This document shows positions 44,101 to 62,479 of a stretch of DNA of 64,000 nucleotides, piece by piece. Each line of letters begins with the position of its first letter. Within the stretch, counting starts at the first letter, position 1. Position numbers and translations under genes: made by a program. Where the stretch lies: contig CM052852.1 of NCBI GenBank assembly GCA_028534125.1, positions 96,844,001-96,908,000 on the forward strand. Reading direction: 5' to 3'. The stretch comes from Lama glama. Its lineage: Eukaryota. Under the pieces are notes generated by a model. The model had not been told where the DNA came from. It did no database searches and saw nothing but the letters and a program-made list of their open reading frames with translations.

Positions 44101-45165
44101 ATGTGCATCCAGGCTCGGGGAAGGAAGAAACAAGGATGTTACCGTATACATATCCACTCCAGGATTTCCAAGCGGTACTTCGAGGGGCTACACAGCAGTT
44201 CCTGAATGGTCTTGGGTTCTGTGATATACAGACCCTCGAGGAAGGGGCAGTTGAGCTCCTAAGCAAGGAAAGGGAAAGCCAGGGAGCTTTAGAAAGCCAA
44301 CATCAGGGAAAGGTAAAAACACACTTCTGCCATCATGCTCTTAGTGCCCCTCTCACGCGTTTACTGCTGCCACGCCGCCACCAGGCTTGTGACACATGCT
44401 CCCCTCCCGCAGCGTGTGCGCCCGGCACCCGGGCGGCGCTCTCCATCCCACCCAGAGTTCCATTCCCCTCAGCTCCGCCTCCTCTAAGTACGCCCCCTCT
44501 GGGCTCACGCAGCAGTTTGACCTCGTAGCAACTAGGGGCTTTAGTGACGTTCCGATCCATGCTCGGGGAAAGGGGAGGGAGAGGGACGATCGCGGAGGGA
44601 GGAGGCGGGGGTGAGGGGGACAAGGGGAAAGGGCGGGACAGGGCAGGCGGGATCAGGGACCTGGGACAGATACCCGACGAGCAGGGGCGGGTCTCCTCAC
44701 TCCGGCCCCCACCGGCATCTGCCATGGACCCCGCGCGTGTCTCTCCCCCGGAACCCCGCGAGCTCGCTGAGGCGAGGGCCTGTGCCCTCCTGTCTCCATA
44801 CCCGCTTTGCGCGCCCGGCCGGGTCCAGCCGAGTTCCGTGCCACAGAGACTAAGGCGCGGGCCCGAACTACCAGTCCCGGGCCGTGGAGACAGCAAGAGT
44901 GAAGGCCCGGGGCCGCCCAAGAAGCAGAGATGGAAGCCCCACAGCCTCCCCTCTGCAGCCGCCACAGAGGCCGCGCGCCTGGCGCCGCCGACTTCCGCAT
45001 CAGGCCCTGCCCGCCCCCGCCGCCCGGCCCCCGCCGCCCTGGGGTGGCTCCTCGGCGCCTCGGCACCTTCAGCTTCGTGAACACCTCCACGGCCGCCTTG
45101 AACACGCTGTCGTCGTCCTGACCCTCGTTGCCTCCGCCGCCGCAGCCAGCACCTAGCCCTGCCAT
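22993..45165 (-). CDS. HAUS7: HAUS augmin-like complex subunit 7, complement join(45067..45165,44143..44258,40429..40496,37719..37780,30630..30721,30069..30227,29859..29955,29209..29433,28024..28138,22993..23123), 387 aa as assembled
   Basis: Ten GT-AG exons with consistent phases encoding [10 protein letters not shown]|[22 protein letters not shown]|..LGHELMLC..|[15 protein letters not shown]..|[11 protein letters not shown]. Confidence 0.95.
28024..28138 (-). CDS. HAUS7: HAUS7 exon 9
   Basis: [38 protein letters not shown]; ctag|, G|gtatgt. Confidence 0.92.
29209..29433 (-). CDS. HAUS7: HAUS7 exon 8
   Basis: [47 protein letters not shown]; tgcag|, CAG|gtagg. Confidence 0.93.
29859..29955 (-). 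CDS. HAUS7: HAUS7 exon 7
   Basis: [32 protein letters not shown]; tgcag|, GAG|gtgag. Confidence 0.93.
30069..30227 (-). CDS. HAUS7: HAUS7 exon 6
   Basis: [37 protein letters not shown]; tgcag|, AG|gtac. Confidence 0.93.
30630..30721 (-). CDS. HAUS7: HAUS7 exon 5
   Basis: [30 protein letters not shown]; cccag|, AG|gtaaa. Confidence 0.92.
32110..32890 (-). mobile_element. L1M 3' fragments
   Basis: cacataccatgaattcaccc..tcacccccaaaagaaac pattern. Confidence 0.65.
32905..33425 (+). mobile_element. L1M 3' UTR with stacked 3' tails
   Basis: gaagtactgattcatgct..aacatggatga; three successive aaaatggtt..-type termini. Confidence 0.75.
35549..35717. other. Assembly gap (N run)
   Basis: 169 N inside L1 ORF2. 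Confidence 1.
36291..36471. other. Assembly gap (N run)
   Basis: 181 N inside L1 ORF2. Confidence 1.
37265..37430 (+). mobile_element. MIR SINE
   Basis: ggagccagag..ctgggtaaccttgag..tgaaatgg..gtaaagtactta. Confidence 0.55.
37719..37780 (-). CDS. HAUS7: HAUS7 exon 4
   Basis: [21 protein letters not shown]; aacag|, AAG|gtaag. Confidence 0.93.
38690..39385 (+). mobile_element. L2 3' fragment
   Basis: ctcagaataaaagcc..ctgacctcacc..ctcacttcctccc..tggtgctccagaaata. Confidence 0.65.
40429..40496 (-). CDS. HAUS7: HAUS7 exon 3
   Basis: [22 protein letters not shown]; tgcag|, G|gtggg. Confidence 0.92.
44143..44258 (-). CDS. HAUS7: HAUS7 exon 2
   Basis: [39 protein letters not shown]; ttag|, CG|gtaac. 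Confidence 0.93.
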
Positions 45166-45530
45166 GTTTCGCGCTCACAGTCGCACCCCGCCCACGCCGC
45201 TTGCTGACTGGCCGGCCCGGCTGCCAATCAAGCGCAAGCCCCGCGCTCCTCCCACCTGCGCCGGGGCGGGAGCGGGGACCAGAACCAGCGCGCGCACAGC
45301 TGCAACCAACCCCCTCCCCCACTGAGCCTTCCTATTGGGCCGCGACTCCGCCCTCGCCTCGGCCCCGCCCGGGAGGCCGAGCTCAAGGAAGGGGGCGGAG
45401 CCGAGGTTGGCTGCTGGGTCCCTAGCGGGCTCACGTCTCCCCCGCTGACCCGGGCGGAGGACGCGTCAAGAGGAGCGTCCTCCAGAAGAGGGCGCTCCTG
45501 ACTTAGTTGGTTTCTCTGCGGGACGATAAA
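44370..45530 (-). promoter_or_regulatory. HAUS7: HAUS7 CpG-island promoter
   Basis: CpG-dense; GC boxes (GGGGCGGAG about 45392); CCAAT 45224-45228 and ATTGG 45334-45338; E2F consensus TTTCGCGC 45167-45174. Confidence 0.85.
45067..45165 (-). CDS. HAUS7: HAUS7 exon 1
   Basis: aacATGG Kozak; [33 protein letters not shown]; AAG|gtgccg. Confidence 0.92.
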
Positions 45531-45634
45531 GGGGAACCTTGGGGACAGGACGAAACTGGGACTTGAGCGTCCGGTCTCCCAGCGCGGGGCTTCGTCTTTG
45601 GTTTCCCACACTCCCAGCTGTAGTTACAGTGGAG

Positions 45635-45835
45635 CTTCGTGGGTTTGAACCCGGCCCCAGCTGTGTGACTTTGGGCAGGTGACCTAACCTCTCTGTGCCT
45701 CCTTGTCCTCACCTAATATGAAGCACTTACCTCACTGGGTTGCTATGAGGATGAAATGAGGTGACAATTCCTATGAAATACCTAGGACAATACCTGGTAT
45801 ATAAATAGAACTACGTAAACGTTCACTATTATTAT
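45635..45835 (+). mobile_element. MIR SINE
   Basis: gctgtgtgactttgggcaggtgacctaacctctctgtgcctc core and ttattattat tail. Confidence 0.8.
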
Positions 45836-47463
45836 GCTGCACCCTGCTCCTTCTACCTCCTCCTCTAGTCTGTCTTTGAACTTCTGGAAAGTTCAGTGCC
45901 TCCTTCCTGCCCTGTCCACTTACAAATGTCTTTGCATCTCTCAGGCCCCTCAAAGTCAATGAGTCAGCAATGAAATTTGTCAGCCTGTCCTCCCCCACAC
46001 CTCCCAAACTCAGTGAACGCCAGCGCCCCCCCCCCACCAACGTCCCAGGGAAGGAGGGTGGGTGAGGCCCAGGGAGTGGGAAAGCCATGCCAGGCAACTG
46101 CTACCAGTCCTCCTTGATGCTCTTGAGTCTATCCCTCCTCTGTGCCCCACCCTGCCATCTCCTGAAGAGTGGGATGGAGGGGGTGGGCGTGTCTAGAGAG
46201 AGAGGCAGGCAGACCTAGGGAGCTGACAGGAGACAACTGCGGTCATCTGAGTGACAGGAGAGGACTCAGCTCAGTTTTGGGAAGAGGGGAAGGGCAGGAG
46301 ACTGAGCTAACAGGAAAGGACCCCAGCCTGGCCTTGTGGGGCAGGGCCTGATTCCCTACTGAATGGTTTGGAATTCCAAGCTATTCTGAGGACACAAAGC
46401 CTCGAAATTTGAGCTGAAGGGACAGCCTGGGCCCCAGAGCCCGGGGATCTAGAGACTTGCAAAGCACCTTAAGGTCCCTTCCCCCTCCCGCTCCGAGGAG
46501 GCTGCTGCTTTGGGCCCATCCGGTGGCTGAGGACTCTTAGGGGGTTTTGGGTGGTGGTTGGTTTTTTTTTTCATCTTTCTTTCTTTTTCTGTTTTTGTTT
46601 TTCTTTCTTTTTGAAAAAATTTCATTTCCATCACAACCCCAGCTCAGACATTCAAATTCTTGTGGGTTTTTCTGTGGATCTTTCCTAGGACTGGGGAATT
46701 TGGCGGGAGAAACCATGGCGGTGAGGTGGCCTCCCCCACCCTCCCCATATCCTCTGCTCCTGAGGATCGGGAAGAAACCAGCCCCTGTGTATTCTGGAAG
46801 AAAAGCCCTCTTCTCCACCCAGCTCGGCAGAGCCAGCGCTCTAACCAGCCCTTCCCCAACCCAGCAGCTCTGTCTGTGGAATGGGGTGGGGCATGGAGGG
46901 ACTGCCAGAGCCTTGAGAGGGGAAGACCATCTCAAGGGGTCCTGGGATCGGTCCCCCTGCCTGAAGAACCTGCCGACCAGCCCTCAGCTAGTAGAAATGG
47001 TTGCCCACACCACCCCTGAATTATGGTGCCTCCCAGGCATCCTCTGCTGGAAAGACCAGAGTCTGGGATGGGAACAGAGACTCCTGGGTCTCTCAGGGAG
47101 GAGGGAGGAAAGGGCTGCCGAATGGTAGAAGCTTCTGGAAAAGCAGACTCAGGCTCAATACAAGGAAGCACCTCTCTCAGAGGGCACTGTCCAAACACTA
47201 GCCAGCTGCCTGGAAAAGGAGGGAGCTCCCTGTCCTGGGATGTGTGCAAGCTCAGGAAGGCAGGTAGGCATGTGGAGCACTGGATTGCTACCGTGAAGAA
47301 GGAGTGGCCAGTTCCCTAAGGGGCATTCCTGCGCAGAGCACCTGGGTTCTGTAAGGGAGGCCTGCGCCATCAGGGGCCAAATATGGGGCTGAAGGACAGG
47401 TCCGCCTAGAAGGGGATGCGGCTGGCAGGGCAGATGTCAGCGGAGACTGGGGGGCCCTGGGCA

Positions 47464-47501
47464 GAAACTTGGCCATGTGTGGGGGAAACTTGGCCATGTG
47501 T
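47464..47501. repeat. Two-copy 21-bp-period tandem repeat (gaaacttggccatgtgt)
   Basis: Direct inspection. Confidence 0.8.
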
Positions 47502-49399
47502 CAGTGCTTGGAAAATAGGTTGGAAAATGAGAACGGTTGACAGGTATTGACCCCACTGTGCCAGGGATGGTCTGGCAGCAGTGATGGCTGAGGCAGCCAG
47601 CCATGTGGGGCACCTCACTTTGCGCCCCAGGCATGGAAATACATAGCCAACCAGGTGGCTTCACCCAATGGCCTCCCTGCCCTGGGGCAGCAGGGCTGTT
47701 GGCAGGAGCTATGTGGGGCATCGGGTCAGAGGAAGGGCCACAAGAGCATGTTCCAGCTGCCAGACCCCGGGTGCAGGGGGGATCTTAACCACGGCCCCCC
47801 AACAGCCAATCAAAGGAAGCTGAAATTCAAGGGTTTACCTCTCCAGCAAAGCAGAAAAGGCAGATTGGCTTCTGCTGCATCCAACAGGGGTTGAAGGCCT
47901 TGTTCCAAAAGGGGGGAGCTTTTGAGAGATAGAGGATACCTCCAGCCCCGACTCTCCCCACTCCTGAGATTCCCCAGTAAGAAAAGGAGATCAAAGGACT
48001 CCTCACCACATCCTCTGGTGAGCACCAAATGCAGACTCCTGAAGAAAAGGCAAGTGAAGAGTGCAAGCACGCAGGCGCACGTGTGGGACGTGGGTGGACA
48101 TCTCAGGGGAAGGATTCAGTTATGGGATGAGAAGCTTATCCGCTCCATGGGAGAAGTAAATGGCAGTGCCTGGCCTTGGATTTGGGGGAGAAATGAGACA
48201 AGGTCATGAGGTCAGGATAAGGATGGTCTGAGTTCAAAGCTCTCCAGGAGAGACCAAGTGAGAGGGCTGTCTCCTTCCTCTCCTCCCTCCCTCTCCCTGC
48301 CTCTCTCTCCCCTCTCCTTCTCTGACCTCTCTCATCTGCTCCAGACTAAGCTGCCATGATGGGCTGTTGATCACCTGTCCACCCAGGTGCCCAGGGCTTA
48401 CAGCCAGCCCATGTCATCTGTGCCAGCCAGAAGCCCACTCAAAAACACACCATCTTCACGCAGATGAGAGGAGGGGTGGGGAACATGAAAGTGGGAGGCC
48501 CTTGCAAATGAAATGGGAAAAACCCTCAAGGCTGCAGGGACTCCAAACTTTGACCTGAACAGAGAGACCAGAAGAGTTCTGGGAATGAGAATGACACTGA
48601 CTTTCCCTCGGGTAGCTGTCATTCACCCACCCTGAGGCCCTAGGGACTGGCCTGGCCAAGCACAAGCTACTGGGGTGGCATAAGTCTGAAGGACCCCAGA
48701 GCTGCCACAGTGGGTCTGACAGATGTGAGTCTGCCCCAAAGGTAGGCTGGGGGGAATCTAGTGGTCTCTGGTCCTAGCACTGGATGGAGGAGACTGTCAA
48801 CCTAGGAGCTGACTGATGACTGCCAGTTCTGGAATGCTCTCATCCTAGGCCTGTGTCCTTCCACATTGGGAGTCTACTGGCACGTAAGGATGGAGAAGCT
48901 GCCCTGGGACTTTGGCCTCCTCTTCCTATCCCTTCTGATCCCTATTCTGGGCAGGGACAGTGGCAGCCCAAGGCAGGGGCAGCTGGAGAGCCAGCCCTTG
49001 AGAGGGACAGGTGGCTCCCTGCCCATGGGACACCTAGGCAATGGCACCCTCACACCCTGTCAAACCCGGGACTTTTATTGTTCCACGGCCTCCTGCTGCT
49101 GAGGGGCCCTCAGAGCCAAGGGGACACAACCTACCCCCAGGCCACAAGCTCCTACAAAACATGTCACGCCTCAGACCCACTCCTAGGGTCTGCGAGGGTC
49201 TGCGGGTCGCCTCCTCCCAGGGCGAATGTCGCTTGGAAGCCCAGGAGTTTGGGGGTGGGGGGGTGTTGATGGAGCCAGGCTGCGTGGACAGGGCTGTACC
49301 CACAAGTGCATTCCTGGCCCCGATGGGGCCTGGGGTGGGAACAGACACGGGGGAGAGGGATGGTCACAGATGGGGATGGGCTGGGCCCGTGGGGGCTTT

Positions 49400-49760
49400 G
49401 GGGCTCCCCGCTGGCGCCCCCGCGCTGGGGGTTTGCAGCGGTCCAGGCACGCGCGCCCAAGGGTAGACGAGCAAGCAGGGCGCGTGCACGCGGCTCGGGG
49501 GAGGTGGGGACGCGCGCAGCTGCATGTGCGCGAGGGCTCAGCCGCACCCCCGGCGGCAGGAGAGGAAATGGCGGGCGGGATGGCCCCCTCCACCGGGAGA
49601 CACTCCGGTCTAGACGGCTTGGCAAGGCTGACGGGGCTGAGTCACATGCGTCTGGAGCTGGAGACGCGGGCGCCAGGACTGGAACATGAACGTGCCCACT
49701 CGGGAGGGCCAGGCAGGGGAGGGGGCGCCCAACCTCGCCTTTCTGCTCCCTCGCCCCCAG
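49400..49760. promoter_or_regulatory. Small orphan CpG island (candidate promoter/enhancer)
   Basis: Local CpG cluster (gcgcgc runs) with AP-1 TGAGTCA at 49638-49644; not repeat-like. Confidence 0.5.
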
Positions 49761-51039
49761 CCCAACAGGAGCCCGTTTCTGCCCAGCCTGTCCCCTGTCT
49801 GAGGCCCCTCCAAGCCCACCTGGAGGGGCAAGGGCAGCTTCCACAGAGCGTCCAGCGGGGCCCACATTATTGGCAGGAACCATCTGGAATTTCAGACAGA
49901 GAAGGAGGATGGGAAAGTGGCCTCCACGTGCCCCTATGCCCACCATGGCCCTGCTCCCTCAACCCAGCCACATCAGCCACCTGGGACCTTTTAGCCCCCA
50001 AACCACCCTTGTTGCTTTCCACCCCCTCCAGCCCACCTTCCGTTGGCACCCTCCCCTGGGACTCCCACAGCCCAGCAGCCGAAGGCCTCGGCTCTGCTCC
50101 CCTGACCTCAGTGCTCCTTACTACCCACCCCATCCCCAACCGTCGTTGTCCCATTTGGGGGTTCTGTTCTGTGTTCCCTTTCTGTCCTTCTTTCTCTGTC
50201 TCTGCCTCAATCTCTGCCTGTGTCCGTCTGTCTGCCTCTGTGGCTTGCTTGCTCAGGAACACCAGGTCTCAAGCAAGGAAGCACTACGCATGAGTCTGGA
50301 TCGCCTGATGTATTTAGTTCTCACAAAAGCATCGGCAAGAAAAACTGTTTAATTGGGACCAGATCCTCTGAGGCTTTAATGGCATTAAAACAAGATAGGT
50401 TTTCTCTAGGGAAGAGACGGCTGGCAATGGGAAGAAGGCATGGAAAGTATGGCTCTTTTCTTCTCAATATTTGAAGAGGAAAAAGGCCACTGTACCTTTA
50501 TTTATTTACGATAGATGCCCGAGCATGTGCCAGAGAGACCCTCCCACACGCCTCCACCCATAGGTAGACTGGCATCTGTGTGCACACGTGTGCACAAGTT
50601 GCCCGGGTGCACACACACACGCTGGCTTTGATGTTACTCGGATACAATGTGGAAGGCGTAAGAACAGGCCTGTTCCCTTGCTCTTGAGGGGTCACCCCAA
50701 GGGTATGTCTTTGGCTGTAGAGCCACTGTTCTGCCCTGGGCCCTGATGGAAAGTCTGGTACACAGTAAGGGCTCAAGGCACTTGTCAAATGACAGGCAGT
50801 GGGAGGGTAGAACTGGTAACCCAGACCTTGGCCCTGAGCTCCAGATTCATGCAGAGAACTGCCTTATAGACATTACTGCTTGGCTGTCTAATCACCAACC
50901 TCACACCTGACAGGTCAGGAGCTGGAGTCCCCAGCTTCTGTCCCAGGCTCATTCCGCCCACAGTGTTCTCACTCCACCCACTTCCCCCACCTGCAGCCTC
51001 CACCCTGGGCCAGCCAGATAACCTCTCCCCAGGAAAGTG

Positions 51040-51630
51040 CAGCTGCCTCTGCACTGGCTTTCTCCTCCTGCCCTTGTGCCCCCAACATGTCTGTGCTCCA
51101 CCCCGCAGCCTGAAGGATCCTTTTATAAGTCAGATCATGTGTGGCTCCTCTGCTCAGAAGTCCACAGTGGTCCCCTGCTTCTTTTAAGGTCAAAGTCAAA
51201 GTCCACCTGCCACCCTTCAATGCCCTATCAAGCTGGCCCTTCCACTCTTCCCCAGCCTCACCCCTCATTCAGCCTGCTCCACTGCACTGGTCTCCTTGCT
51301 GGTTCTCAAATTGGGCCAAACCCTTCCTGCCTCAGGGCCTTTGCACTGGCCATCCCTCCTTTTGGGAGGGCTCTTTACCAGAACTCTTCTGGTGTAGCTA
51401 TCTCCTTTTCACTCACGCCTCCACCCAAATGTCACTTTCTCACAGTCCTCATCCCATCCCCTGTCAAAAGTGTCTCTCTCTCCAGCTGCCATGGCCAGCC
51501 CTTTTCCTCACACCCCCCAGTCTGTGAGCACAGGGCAGCTGGCCACATGGCTCACCGCTGTACCGCTCACAGCGCCAGGCACAGTGCCTAGCCCACAGCA
51601 AGGCCTCAGGGATATTCAGTGAATGAAGAA
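51040..51630 (+). mobile_element. L2 3' fragment
   Basis: tcagatcatg..cctctgctca..cctgcctcagggcctttgcac..cacagtgcctag..tgaatgaa. Confidence 0.7.
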
Positions 51631-53259
51631 TCTATTCTCCAATCCTCCCTTGATGGGAGGAGGGCTCTCAGCTATGCAGTTATAAGGCGCTTTGAGGGAT
51701 GAAGGGCATGGCTTCGGCATCCTCCAGGCTGCCAGTTTGAGTCCTGACTCGTGAGGGGCTGTGTGTTCTTGGGGGCAAGATGTGTGGAGAGTGGCCCATG
51801 TGGAAGGGGAGGACAGAAGGAGAAGGGGCAGGAGTCCCTTCCTTGCCCTCAGAATCCTGGGATTGTGCAGCTGGAAGCAACCATGATCGTCTAATGGTGC
51901 TTCTCTAGGCCCCTTCCAGTTCTCAGGTTCTAGAACTTTCTAAGGAGCCCTTATCCACCACATTGCGATGGGGAGACCAAGGCCCTGAGAGGGGAGGCTT
52001 ACTACTGACATCACATGGTCTGTCTGTCCAGGGCAGAGCTGGGAGCCCAAAAGCCTTCCAGCAACCCCCAGGCTACATCTCTGGTTCCTGGAAAATCCCG
52101 ACACCCCTCCCACCCTGTGCTCCAGACACCAGGCTCAGGGTTAGTGTTGGCCAGGGGCCCTGCCTGTCTCAGCCCAAGTCCACGAGTAAGCTCCGTGTGC
52201 AAGAGGGGCGGGTGTGGGAGGGCACCTCTGGTTCTGCTGAGCCCACGACAAGCTGGCTCTGCTCTGTGGGGGTTCTTTCAAGGTCCCCACGATGGCCGAG
52301 CACCCTGAAACTGGACACAGTAGGTGGCCAGGTGGCCGCTGGCCCCCAGTGGGGGAAGGGCAGTGATGACTGGACTCCACAGGACCTGAGGAGCTAAGAG
52401 TGCCCCAGGCCTCGCCCCTTCCTGCTTAGGTGGGTCGGAGCGAGGGTCCCTCCCTCCTCCAGGCCACTGTGCCAGAGAAACCTGGGAGCAGGCTTCCCCT
52501 CACCCCCAGCTCAGCTAATGGGAACCAGATGACAGGATGTTTAGTCAGCGCCTGGGGAGCGGCGCGAACAGGGGAAATGGGTTGGGGGCCAGAATTCCAG
52601 AATCCATCCCCAGGCAGGGGGAGGGTTAGAGCTGGGGCTCCCACCACAGTTGTCTCTAGGGACCCACTTCAGGCGGGGTCCTACCCCCTCCTCCAGGGAT
52701 GCCTGGACCAGGAGGCAGGAGGCAGGAGACAGGAGACAGGAGGCCTGGCCTCTGGCATCTGCCTCAGGCCAGCCCTACCCCCTCTCAGTTCCTTCCCTGT
52801 CCTGGGGGCGGGGGTTTGTGCTCAGTCTTCCAGAATCCCTGGGCAAACCCCAGCCTCCCGTGCCTAAGTGCTCCCCCGCTCCCAGCTTGGCAAACCATTA
52901 GCCCAGGCCATCCTGTGTCACCCAAGGGCACACGGGCATATGGCGGATATATCCTTGGCTCCCAGGGTACTTGCTCACGCTCACTTTGCAGACCATCGCT
53001 GTCTGTGTGTGGCACAGTCCCAAATTCAGGCCTTAAACCGGAGCACTGGACAAGACAGAGGAGGGGACTGCCAGTGGACCCTGTGTGGCTCACGTGGGAC
53101 TGTTAGCTGGCACGGAGGCTCCGGGAAGGCGGTGACTCCTGTGTCTCTGCTGTACCCCAGGCGCAGTACATCTGATACTCGGGACTAAGGCTGTTCCCCG
53201 GGCCCAAGTGGGTCAATGCTGAGGACTCTGACAAAGACCTGCTTGAGGGGGACTCTGTG

Positions 53260-53301
53260 CCCTACACACTCCTCTGTGGCCCTTACACACTCCTCTGTGG
53301 C
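53260..53301. repeat. Two-copy 21-bp tandem repeat (ccytacacactcctctgtggc)
   Basis: Direct inspection. Confidence 0.8.
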
Positions 53302-54702
53302 CCCAAACAGAGACCTTGAACCCCAGGTGGCTATGGGAAACTCCTCCACAGTCCTTCCTGGCCCTGCTCCCCCCCCACTTTCCCCTCCACCCAAGCCTTG
53401 CCCACAATTAACTCATTTTTTAAGATCGCTTCCAAACATAAGTCAATGCTGGACAGAGCTGTAGGAAAAGCTTCCTCAAGGCTGGCCCCAAAGAGCCATG
53501 TGGTGAGACCCGGCCTCCTTGCCAGTCCCCGCCTGCCCTCGGCTCCCACAGCTGGGTCTGGGGCTGGGGCCATCTGAGGGCGGGCCCAGGGGCCTGTGGT
53601 CAGACACCCCTTCTTTGCCTCTTGCTCCAGCCCACGGCCCTGCTCTTGAGCCCTCTCCTGACCCACAGGTGCCTCTCGGCCAGAGAGGGCCCGCGTGAGG
53701 CGTAGGGAAGCAATGACACTGGTCACTCCAAGACCTGGAACTCTCTGCCGAGAAGCCTGGAGGGAACTGTGAGATGGCCTCCGCCAGGCTACTACTGCCA
53801 GGCCACTCCAGGCCAGTGGTCCCTGAAGAACCCGGCAGTCCCGATGCACACACACTCCAGTGTGAGGTGGGGACATAGCAGGGGTGGGAGTCAGCGGGAT
53901 GTATACCCGCTCACCATTTTAGAGGGGAAAGTGGAGGCCTGGAGGGAAGGTAGGGAGCCAGTAGAAGGATCCAGAGCTGAACTGCCTACTCCAGCCCCAT
54001 CTGAGGCAGGAGGTCCATACCCAGGTGGCACTGGGGCCCCAAGGGCTGGGGTCTCTGCTTGACACATGTTCTGTTTCTTCTGGAGTAGGGAGGCCTCGGC
54101 ACTGGCGCCCACAGAGGAAGCCCACAGGCTTGGCAGGTTCCAGGGGAGCCAGCGCCGCCATTGTCCGGGTGGCCCTGTCACCTGTCCCTTCTCCCAAGGA
54201 CCCAGGAGGCTCTGGGGTCTGCTGCTGGCGAGGCCTGGCCCCTCTCCTCTCCCGGCCGTGGAGGTAGGACCTGGCAGCCTGGGGTGGGCAGCCTGCTCTG
54301 TGGTGGGCCTCACAGGTCCACTGTGTGTGGAGACAGAAGCCCCATTCATGGGGGCCACTGGGCCAGGGCCAGTGGAGAATAAACGCAGGCCTCACATTAA
54401 AAACGAGAGCTCTTGGGTCCAAGAAAAAAATCAGTCTCTCTTTCTCCTCAGGTGGGAGCAGGGGACTTTGAGCGGAGTCAGGGGCAAGGCCTGGGGAGGT
54501 ATTTGTTGGAGGGGAGCCTTCCTGAGGGAGGGCTGGGTGGGTGGCGGAGGCTCCCAGCGCTGCAGCTCAGGGAGCAGGGCTGTCGCTCCCTCAGCCCGCT
54601 GGTGTTCCATCCTGCCGCTGTGGCTCCCACCTCTCCCAGCTATTCACCCCCTCCGCCAGCCCAGGCAGCCTGCTCGGGCTGCACGGCCTGCACGCAGCGG
54701 CC

Positions 54703-62262
<7,560 letters not shown>

Positions 62263-62473
62263 CCCCCAAAAGCCAACCTTCCCCACCCCCTGTTCCTTGG
62301 GGACTGGTAGGGGGAGGAGGGCCCAAGCTCAGCTCCATTTGATCTTTGCATCACTGGGAGAAAGATCTAGAAGACCCTGCTGCTTCAGATGCGCCTACAT
62401 CCCACTGACTGCTGAGGTCCCTTCACTTAGTAAATGACCCAGCCGGATGTGGTGCTGGTTTGGACTTGAGCAT

Positions 62474-62479
62474 AATAAA
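62474..62479 (+). terminator. ECMX: ECMX polyadenylation signal AATAAA
   Basis: AATAAA 212 nt after the stop codon. Confidence 0.7.

Noticed and set aside
44333-45322. 329-aa minus-strand ORF at the HAUS7 promoter
   Set aside because: Out-of-frame CpG-island ORF; the real exon 1 is 45067-45165
49164-50352. Long ORFs (355 and 260 aa) over the orphan CpG island
   Set aside because: Low-complexity G/R/P/A translations with no domain; expected in GC-rich DNA
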